Shown here: piece after piece, positions 41,079 through 48,511 of the stretch | Layout of the letters: each line of letters begins with the position of its first letter | Position numbering within the stretch: the first letter of the stretch is position 1 | Source of the DNA: Puia sp. | GTDB lineage: Bacteria > Bacteroidota > Bacteroidia > Chitinophagales > Chitinophagaceae | DNA: 64,000 bases | Direction: 5' to 3' | NCBI GenBank assembly: GCA_035946435.1 | Contig: DASYZH010000353.1 | Span: 2,376 to 66,375 of the forward strand | Made by a program: the position numbers and the translations under genes | Notes under the pieces: model-generated | Databases searched by the model: none | Told to the model about the DNA's origin: nothing | What the model saw: the letters and a program-made list of their open reading frames with translations, nothing else

Positions 41079-42245
41079 TTATTTGCCGTTTAATGTGCGG
41101 GGAAAGTTAGACAATACCTGATTGCCCTCCCCGGTTACCAAAATATTGTCTTCTATCCGCAGACCGCCCATTCGATCGATGTAGACACCGGGCTCGACTG
41201 TGACAACCATGCCCTCCCTGAATACGCCCTCGGAATACGGCGACAACACTTCTCCGGGATCATGATAGCGGAAGCCAACGTGATGTCCAAGCGCATGGTT
41301 GAACTTATCGCCGAATCCCGCATCGCGGATGATGTTGCGTGCCGCGGCGTCAACCTGCCGCATCGCCATGCCCGGGCGTATCAAATGGATGGCCGCCGTC
41401 TGTGCCCGGCTCACCGTATCGTACAAAGATTGTTGTTCAGGGCTGGGTTCACAAGGCAGCGCCGTGCGGGTAATATCGGCCCAATAGCCGTTTACACAAA
41501 CACCCATTTCAAGGAGAACGAAGCCTTCGCTTCGGATGACCTTCCCGGTACTCCTGTTGAACCTGCCGGCGTCGGCGGTATTGAGGCCGGACTGCACCAT
41601 CGGCCATGCTTTTGCAAAGCCGATTCCGTCTCGGTCAATCGTTTCCTGGACGGCCAGTTCGATGAGGCCGGCGAGCCGGGCCTCGGAATGTCCCTTAACT
41701 ACCTCCGCATAGAATTCCCTAATGGCTATTCCCGCCACCTCGTGCGCCAAATGTAAGCCGGCAACATCGGTTGGACTCTTATATTCGTAGAGCCGGAGCA
41801 AATCGGAAGTGATGTCCCGGAAGCCGCCTGCAAGACTGGCGAACTGTTGGACGAGATCGGCCGGCAGTGGTGGCTGCTCCCCGGACATCCGGCAGGGGGC
41901 GCTGCCGCCGATGGATGGAATATAGGAGCAGGGCAGTCGGGTAAGATCCTTCAGCCGCAATACATCAGCCATAAGTTTATAAAGGCAGGGCCAGGGATCT
42001 TCGCCATTGTGCACGCCCCACGGGAATCGCCGGATCTCGATATGCTGCGGCAGACAATCATCGGGCTCCAACTCCGGCACAAAGAGTACCGGTTCACCAT
42101 CTGCCGTATAGAGCAGTACGGACAGGCCCCAGAGCGGCATATAGCCGAGCATCATCACCAATTCATCGGGACGCCAGAAGACCAGGGCTGAAAGCTGGTG
42201 GCGGCGCAGGAGCCGATCGGTTATCTCTTTTCTGTATCGATCCAT
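41079..42245 (-). CDS. M24 (Xaa-Pro peptidase / pita-bread fold) family enzyme
   Basis: ADITRT, HALGHHVG, VTVEPGVY and GGLRIEDN. The first metal ligand appears to be Glu (LLEMG). Confidence 0.85.
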   Translation of the reverse strand: MDRYRKEITDRLLRRHQLSALVFWRPDELVMMLGYMPLWGLSVLLYTADGEPVLFVPELEPDDCLPQHIEIRRFPWGVHNGEDPWPCLYKLMADVLRLKDLTRLPCSYIPSIGGSAPCRMSGEQPPLPADLVQQFASLAGGFRDITSDLLRLYEYKSPTDVAGLHLAHEVAGIAIREFYAEVVKGHSEARLAGLIELAVQETIDRDGIGFAKAWPMVQSGLNTADAGRFNRSTGKVIRSEGFVLLEMGVCVNGYWADITRTALPCEPSPEQQSLYDTVSRAQTAAIHLIRPGMAMRQVDAAARNIIRDAGFGDKFNHALGHHVGFRYHDPGEVLSPYSEGVFREGMVVTVEPGVYIDRMGGLRIEDNILVTGEGNQVLSNFPRTLNGK

Positions 42246-42248
42246 GAG

Positions 42249-43019
42249 CTACTTTGAATTCTTTTCTGTGAATTTCTTTATGAGATCCTGAGCTACCGGG
42301 TGGTTGAACAGTTCGATCACGGCTTCTCCTTCCTGATCCAGCCGGGTCTCGAAGGGCAGGCCGATCGCCGCCGGAGTGAGCATGGCCTTGATCGCCTTTG
42401 TTGAAATGCGCGGTCTGCGTTGAAGCTTTTGCGCAAGCGCGAGAACGGTGGCCGGAAGGTCTTCGCCGGCCGGAGTATCGTATACGATCCCCCAATGATG
42501 CAGTTGGGCAGCCGGGTACGAACCTCCAAGCAGGAGCATCTCTTTTGTCCGGTTGACTCCTACCTTTTGCAGCAGCCGTTGAGCACCGCCGCCGCCGGGG
42601 ATGAGTCCGAGATGGATCTCCGGCAGGCCCATGGAAGCCGAGACAGCGGCAACGATAAAGTCACAGGCAAGCGCGATCTCGAAACCGCCGCCCAGGGCAT
42701 ATCCGTTGACAGCGGCGATAAAGGGAATTTCCGCCGTTTCGATAAGCGAGTAGAGCTGACGTCCCTGGCGCTGGAACCGGACGAACTGGTCGTTAGTCTG
42801 TGCGGCATATTCTTTGATATCGGCGCCCGCCATAAAAGCGCGACCCTTGCCGGTGATAACGGCCACGTCGATGTGTTTGTCCTGTATGATGGCCTGAAGC
42901 GCGGCGATGATCTCGTCCATCATGCGGCGGTTCATGGCATTGAGCTGGTCCGGTCTGTTAAAGGTCAGGGTTGCGATGCCGGCTGTGACGGTATATTCGA
43001 TGGTCTCAAATGATTGCAT
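42249..43019 (-). CDS. Enoyl-CoA hydratase/isomerase family protein
   Basis: LTFNRPDQLNAM, AFMAGADI, GYALGGGFE and LPEIHLGLIPGGGG. Confidence 0.93.
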   Translation of the reverse strand: MQSFETIEYTVTAGIATLTFNRPDQLNAMNRRMMDEIIAALQAIIQDKHIDVAVITGKGRAFMAGADIKEYAAQTNDQFVRFQRQGRQLYSLIETAEIPFIAAVNGYALGGGFEIALACDFIVAAVSASMGLPEIHLGLIPGGGGAQRLLQKVGVNRTKEMLLLGGSYPAAQLHHWGIVYDTPAGEDLPATVLALAQKLQRRPRISTKAIKAMLTPAAIGLPFETRLDQEGEAVIELFNHPVAQDLIKKFTEKNSK

Positions 43020-44157
43020 GGCAGAGCGTTTGATAAAGGTTGTTCAATTGCTTCAGAACGGACTTTCCATCCCTGTTTTTTAACACTGCATCATGGATGT
43101 GGTCGGCGCCCTGTTCCTGGAAGCGATTGAAGCCAGGCACTCCCGAACGGCGATAGGCGTGTCGCAGGGTATCCAGTGTACCGGCAAAAAAACGGCCGCA
43201 ATCCTCGTTACAGGCCGGGTCGAGCCAGGTGGTGAGATGAGCAGGCTGGCCGCCATTTTCGTAGTAGACGGTTCGCTGGATCCCCGGGTCCAGAACGTAG
43301 CGGATGAAATCAAAACAAGCATCCCTGTGCCTCGACTTGCTGGAAACGGCAATCCCTGCGCCGCCTAAGAGGGTCGATACCTCTCCTGGGCCAAAGCGGG
43401 GTGCATCGATGAAGGTGAGGCGGTGATGGGGAAATTTCTTACGGGAGTAATTCGTATAGCCAAAACTAAAAGGACAGTAGACGATATTTTCTTCAAGCGC
43501 CATTTTATCGAGGAGCTGGATGGGATTGAGGCGTAAGGAATCAGGGTGTAAGAAGGACTGCCACTGTTTCAATAGCTCCAGGGCCCAGCTGCCGGCGGCG
43601 GAGTCGATACCTTCCGCTGTAAAGAAGTTACCGACTGTAAACTGTGCACAGAGCGTCAGGAAAACGCACCAGATATCAGTAGGGCAAAGCGGAATGGCCA
43701 TTTTGTATTGCCGTGGCAACAAACCGGCTGCCTCCCGGAGATGAACGGTCGAAAGCGGCGGATGCCAGCCCAGGGCATCCGTAATATCGCGGCGGCATAC
43801 GGCCACCTGGGCGGCGGCATCGACCGGCAGGGCATAATGTTTGCCACGCCAGCTGTAGCTTTCATAGGACGGACCTACGCTTTGTTTTTGCTGCGAAGCA
43901 AGGAAGCCGGCCCCGAGAAAGTCGTTCAAGGGCAGGAGGTAGCCATTGGCGCCGGCCTCTCCCATATAGGGGTGATCGATGATCAGCAGATCGTAACGGT
44001 CGATGAGTTTCTCGACGGGGAGATCGCCGAATTCTTTGAGGGTACGGACATCCCATTCGAGGCGATGGCCGGTGCGTTTCTCCCAGCAAGCGGCGGCCGC
44101 TCTCAGGGGTTGATAGCCTCTTGGATGGTCCCAGGTAATACCTTTTAAAAGGGTCAT
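43006..44157 (-). CDS. Family 1 solute-binding-protein-like protein lacking a signal peptide
   Basis: The start was moved to ATG 44157 (MTLLKGITWDHPRG). Motifs: DLLIIDHP, ALPVDAAAQV, LGGAGIAVS and GGQPA. There is no hydrophobic N-terminus. Confidence 0.75.
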   Translation of the reverse strand: MTLLKGITWDHPRGYQPLRAAAACWEKRTGHRLEWDVRTLKEFGDLPVEKLIDRYDLLIIDHPYMGEAGANGYLLPLNDFLGAGFLASQQKQSVGPSYESYSWRGKHYALPVDAAAQVAVCRRDITDALGWHPPLSTVHLREAAGLLPRQYKMAIPLCPTDIWCVFLTLCAQFTVGNFFTAEGIDSAAGSWALELLKQWQSFLHPDSLRLNPIQLLDKMALEENIVYCPFSFGYTNYSRKKFPHHRLTFIDAPRFGPGEVSTLLGGAGIAVSSKSRHRDACFDFIRYVLDPGIQRTVYYENGGQPAHLTTWLDPACNEDCGRFFAGTLDTLRHAYRRSGVPGFNRFQEQGADHIHDAVLKNRDGKSVLKQLNNLYQTLCHAII

Positions 44158-44168
44158 ACTATTTTTTG

Positions 44169-45593
44169 TCAGTTTAATTTTGCTTTCCATTCCCGTTCGA
44201 TCTCCTCCAGGGATTGGCCTTTTGTTTCGGGTACCGTGCGTAGAACGAAGATCATGGCGGGGATCATGGTCAATCCATACAGGATAAAAGTGAACCCGAT
44301 GCCCAGGGACTCCCGAAGCAGCGGATACGTTTGAGTTACGAATGTCGAACCGACAAACAGCGATAGCGTGCCGATGGACATGGCGCGGCCCCTGATCCGC
44401 GTCGGAAAGATCTCGGCGATGACGACCCATACACCGGGGCCGATACTGGCCGCGAATACGGCGATATAGAAAATGAAGCATCCCATAAGAAGTCGTTGGT
44501 TTCCGTCAATGAAGAACAGCACCCCGATTGCGAGCAGGGCGATGGAAAGGCCGGCAAATCCACCGACGAGCAGTCTTTTCCTACCCCAGTGGTCGATCTT
44601 CCAAATTGCGACGAATGTAAAGATCATGTTGAAGAACCCGATGACGGCTGCGCTTTCCATCGCGGATCCGGAGGCAAACCCTGCTTTTTCGAAGATAGCC
44701 GGCGCATAGTACATGACGGTGGTGATGCCGGTAAGCTGGCTGAGGAAGGGCAGGATGATCCCGATCGCCAAGGCCGTCCGAATCCCCGGAGCCAGGAGTT
44801 GCCGGAAGCTTCCCTTCTTGTCGTCTGCGAGCGCCGCGACGATCGTGTTCAATTCGTTCCGGGCTTGCTCCGATCCATTGATCCTCAAAAGGATCTCGCC
44901 TGCTTTCGAGCTTCTACCCTCTTTTATCAGCCAGCGCGGGCTTTCGGGTACGCCCAGCAGGAGCAGGAGGAAGAGGATCGCAGGGATCATATTGGAGCCC
45001 AGCATGCCGCGCCAGGGTTCGGCAACGAAGTAGGGCCATAATATTCCGCCACCGGCGGCATGATGGAGGGCATCCAAGGCATGGCTGGAGGCATCCTGGG
45101 CATGGCTGGAGGCGTAATGCAACAACCCGGCATTCGAAAGATAGCTGCAGAGGATACCCAGGGTGATCGCCAATTGATAAAGCGAAACCAGCCTTCCCCG
45201 TAGCCTGGCCGGCGCCAGCTCGGAAATAAACAGCGGGGCCACCATCGCCGCGAATCCTACCCCAATGCCGCCCACTATACGGGCCAGCACCAACCATGCC
45301 GGGTTCAAGGCCAGCATACAGCCCGCCGCGGAAAGGATAAAGAGAAGGGCGGAAGAGACGAGCATTTTTTTTCGCCCATACTTGTCCGCGAGATAGCCGG
45401 CAATCGCGGCGCCGGCGACACAACCGACGAGCGCCGAGCTCATGATCCATCCCTCCATCGCCGGGCTCAGCCGGAATTGGTCTTTGAGGAAGCCTACCGC
45501 GCCCGAGATAACAGCCGTGTCGAAACCGAACAAAAAGCCACCCATGCCCGCTGTCGCACAGATCGCCGTCAAATAGGTATTCCCCTTGATCAT
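44169..45593 (-). CDS. MFS sugar porter (XylE/GalP-like)
   Basis: GGFLFGFDTAVISG, DKYGRK, ISELAPARLRG, PESPRWL and VPETKGQSLEEIE. Confidence 0.95.
   Translation of the reverse strand: MIKGNTYLTAICATAGMGGFLFGFDTAVISGAVGFLKDQFRLSPAMEGWIMSSALVGCVAGAAIAGYLADKYGRKKMLVSSALLFILSAAGCMLALNPAWLVLARIVGGIGVGFAAMVAPLFISELAPARLRGRLVSLYQLAITLGILCSYLSNAGLLHYASSHAQDASSHALDALHHAAGGGILWPYFVAEPWRGMLGSNMIPAILFLLLLLGVPESPRWLIKEGRSSKAGEILLRINGSEQARNELNTIVAALADDKKGSFRQLLAPGIRTALAIGIILPFLSQLTGITTVMYYAPAIFEKAGFASGSAMESAAVIGFFNMIFTFVAIWKIDHWGRKRLLVGGFAGLSIALLAIGVLFFIDGNQRLLMGCFIFYIAVFAASIGPGVWVVIAEIFPTRIRGRAMSIGTLSLFVGSTFVTQTYPLLRESLGIGFTFILYGLTMIPAMIFVLRTVPETKGQSLEEIEREWKAKLN
45070..45111. repeat. In-frame 21-bp tandem duplication in a His-rich loop of the MFS porter
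   Basis: GCATCC(AA/TG)GGCATGGCTGGAG x2, encoding ASSHAQDASSHALD. Confidence 0.85.
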
Positions 45594-48502
45594 TCTTTTT
45601 GTTTGAGGTTATTTTTTAAGGATAGGGATAGGGTTTGGATAGCAGCGGGTCCCATCGGCAAGCGGATAAGACCTGCGCCAGGTTCGCTGGGACCTAATGG
45701 CTGTTCGATAAGGTCGAGTTTTTGCCATTTTTCGACCGGCAGGAAGGTCCGCAGCGTATCTTTTGCCGGACGCCGTTCCATGTTGACGACGCGCAAGACG
45801 AGATGGTCTCCCTTATCGGCTTTTTTGATGGCGGTGATCAGCGTACCCGGTGCGGCCGACCGGAAGAAGCTTTGACGTTCTGGCAGTTCCGGCGCGGCAT
45901 TTGGCCCCCCGACGGTTGGTTCCGGCGCGGCATTCGTCTTCTTCGCGACGCAGTACAGTTCATGATTGTTGCCGATCCCGAAGGCCATCGCCGGTCCGAG
46001 TCCCGGCAGATGGCTGCTTATGGAAAGGCGGAAGACATGCCTGCCGCGTTGCAGATACCAGGGCCCTTCCCCATGGCAGCTTTTCTGGGTCGTAAGCAGA
46101 ACGGCCTGCAGCACCGGATAGCTAACCGATTCGCGGGTAGGGTCGATCCAATCGAAAACAGCCAGTCTCGACGAAAGCGTGAAGCCGAAATTACGAGTGT
46201 CGGCGGTGACGAAGTTCTGCGACTCCCGCGGATGGATCTCTTCGGGCTTTTGGTAATAGGTGCCGCCCCAGGCCCAGCCTCCGGGTCGTACCTGCAATTC
46301 GGTTTCGTGAACCCCGGCAATGCCCATAGGAACATCATAACGGAGATGCGCATCCGCTGTGTTCAAGGGCAGGGCGAAGCTCAGCTGCCGGCTCCTGATG
46401 CCCTTCCAGTCCGGCAGCTCGATCTCGAAGTCGATCTTCTTCAACCTGCGGTAGACGACAATCCGCTGGATCACCGAATCCTGCCCGAGCAGATACCGGC
46501 ATTCAAAGGTGGTGAATACGGGGCCATCGCTGATCCGCGACCATCTGGAGGCGTGATTGCTGAGCTTGTCAAAATCCCGCATATTGGCGGGTGTTATTTC
46601 GGTGAATTCGCCCGCATCGAGGCCATCGTAACCCAGGTCCAGCACGTCACCACCGGCAAACCGGGTGGTATTGAGGAGGTCCTGGCGAAGTTGTTTATCA
46701 TATAGCTCCGTGATCCCGCCGTCGCCGAAGCGGATGCGATAATATTCATTCTCATAGGCATTTTCCGGCGCCGTGGGCTGGGAAGCGGGTGAGGCTGTTC
46801 CCTTTGAAAGGTAGTAGGTAGAGTACCCAATGGCCGGCACCTTTTCCGCGATGATCGCGAGGCCGTGTCCCTGCTCATTGTTTACAACCTGTGAAGGAAT
46901 AGTCCGACCCTGAGCATCCCGGACGAGAAAGTCCGCCGGGTCACCATCGAGGGGGAGGACCGCCGGTGCGTCGCGGTCCCACGAGAGGTCATTAAAGACG
47001 AGGACAGGATGCTCGTGGCGGGTATCTACCCGGGCCGCGATGTGCTTAAGTGCCGGGAAAAGCGTTGCCCTGGCAATGCTATCGCCGGCTTCGAGGTAAC
47101 TCCGGTAAATGCTGTCTGTTATGTCGCCGTGTTTGCCCCCCCATCCATGATCGGGATAGATGCTTTTGTACCATGCGGTGTCGAATGCAGATTGCGGATA
47201 GTCGTTGAAATTTCCCGCGAGCAGCCCGTCGATGGTGTTGAACATCTCCGATGCGGGAAGATGCACGGCGGCGGCGCGTTTGGCTGCAATGGCTTCATAG
47301 TGCGCGGGACCATGGATATAGAGCCAAAGGTTCGGCCTTTCACCTGCGACGGAGTCGAATCGCGCGCCGGGGACGTCGACACTATCCAGGAACTGGTCGG
47401 CCGTCGTATACCGGAGATGTGGGATCGCTAAACCGGATTCGTCCACCAACCTGTTCCACTCGGCCAGTACCTGTTTGTAGAATACCGGTCCCGAGGCGTC
47501 ATTGCTGATCACCACGGCATAGTGCGGTGGAATATCGCGGGAGGCATAATAGGTGTTCCAGCTCCGGAGCACCTCGTGCAGCTTGTGCATAGCCGTGGGA
47601 GCATCAATATTGAAATATTTATAGAACATCACCGCCCAGCCATAATTTCCCGGGCTATAGGTGAGGACATTTGAACCATCCGGGCTATACCATCGGCAGA
47701 ATCCCTCCTTGAAACGGCTGATGAAGAGATGACGGACACCTGCACGGGCTAGGATCTGGGGAAACTGCAGCGTCCGCCCGGGGACATCCACGCTAAAGGC
47801 GGTACGAGCGTCGATCCGGCCGTTAAACCTATCGAGAAGCCATTTCCTTCCCAGGTACAGTTCCCGAACCAGCTGTTCGTCGGATTCAAGGCCTTCGTAT
47901 GGTTGGTTGAAAGTGGCGCCCCACCCGAATTGACCCGATGCGGAAACTTTTATGGCCTCTTTTTCATAGGCAGGATACTCGTGGAGGAGTTCCATGAGGT
48001 TCAGGGTCTGTTCCATTCCGAATCTGAATTCCGGTGATTCCTGCATCATATCGATGGCCGGGACGATGATCTTGTCGATCCGCTCCATGCGGCAGGAATC
48101 CGGCGTATTCATCCAGGCGATATCCTGGTGCGAGGAGGAGATGATATCGATGGTCCCCTTGCCGAAATAATTCCAATCGTCAGGAATATAAGGTGTGAAT
48201 TCCTGCTCTTTGATGATGTGGCCCTGTTTTTTGAAGGTAAGGGTCTGAGTCTTGCCGAAAAGCGGCACCCGGGTATGTAAGGAATCGCCTTCGACGACGA
48301 AGTGCAGCGGCTTACCGGCCAGTTCAATGCCAAGCCCGCCCGTGGGCCCATCGTATACCAGGGTAACCTCTGCCTGTAACTTTCCGTCTATCTTCGCGTA
48401 ACGCATCGGCTGGGGATAGACCAGGGTAACCTCTTGCGCGGAGGTCCGGACAGCAGCGAGCAAAAGAACGATAAGGAATGAAAAAACTTTTACCATATGC
48501 AT
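45590..48502 (-). CDS. GH38-like glycoside hydrolase (paralogue 1, extra N-terminal domain)
   Basis: Signal peptide, SSHQDIAW, SVDVPG, WLYIHGP, YPDHGWGG, VFNDLSW and a GH38-type C-terminal sandwich (IKKAD...VLRV). Confidence 0.8.
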   Translation of the reverse strand: MHMVKVFSFLIVLLLAAVRTSAQEVTLVYPQPMRYAKIDGKLQAEVTLVYDGPTGGLGIELAGKPLHFVVEGDSLHTRVPLFGKTQTLTFKKQGHIIKEQEFTPYIPDDWNYFGKGTIDIISSSHQDIAWMNTPDSCRMERIDKIIVPAIDMMQESPEFRFGMEQTLNLMELLHEYPAYEKEAIKVSASGQFGWGATFNQPYEGLESDEQLVRELYLGRKWLLDRFNGRIDARTAFSVDVPGRTLQFPQILARAGVRHLFISRFKEGFCRWYSPDGSNVLTYSPGNYGWAVMFYKYFNIDAPTAMHKLHEVLRSWNTYYASRDIPPHYAVVISNDASGPVFYKQVLAEWNRLVDESGLAIPHLRYTTADQFLDSVDVPGARFDSVAGERPNLWLYIHGPAHYEAIAAKRAAAVHLPASEMFNTIDGLLAGNFNDYPQSAFDTAWYKSIYPDHGWGGKHGDITDSIYRSYLEAGDSIARATLFPALKHIAARVDTRHEHPVLVFNDLSWDRDAPAVLPLDGDPADFLVRDAQGRTIPSQVVNNEQGHGLAIIAEKVPAIGYSTYYLSKGTASPASQPTAPENAYENEYYRIRFGDGGITELYDKQLRQDLLNTTRFAGGDVLDLGYDGLDAGEFTEITPANMRDFDKLSNHASRWSRISDGPVFTTFECRYLLGQDSVIQRIVVYRRLKKIDFEIELPDWKGIRSRQLSFALPLNTADAHLRYDVPMGIAGVHETELQVRPGGWAWGGTYYQKPEEIHPRESQNFVTADTRNFGFTLSSRLAVFDWIDPTRESVSYPVLQAVLLTTQKSCHGEGPWYLQRGRHVFRLSISSHLPGLGPAMAFGIGNNHELYCVAKKTNAAPEPTVGGPNAAPELPERQSFFRSAAPGTLITAIKKADKGDHLVLRVVNMERRPAKDTLRTFLPVEKWQKLDLIEQPLGPSEPGAGLIRLPMGPAAIQTLSLSLKNNLKQKE
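45887..45934. repeat. 15-bp direct repeat, 33-bp period (NAAPE...NAAPE)
   Basis: TTCCGGCGCGGCATT at 45887 and 45920. Confidence 0.8.
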
Positions 48503-48511
48503 CTGCCTGGC

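Noticed and set aside
39884-41110. 408-aa + strand ORF
   Set aside because: It is the antisense mirror of the CoA-transferase.
41079-42245. Calling the M24 protein DddP (DMSP lyase)
   Set aside because: Only the fold family and neighbourhood are analogous. No DddP-specific features were recognised, so it is kept as an analogy only.
44158-44481. N-terminal extension of the SBP-like ORF in the ORF track
   Set aside because: It overlaps the MFS gene in another frame and has no signal-peptide character. ATG 44157 follows the MFS stop by 11 bp and is the better start.
45722-46705. 327-aa + strand ORF
   Set aside because: It is an antisense shadow of GH38 paralogue 1.
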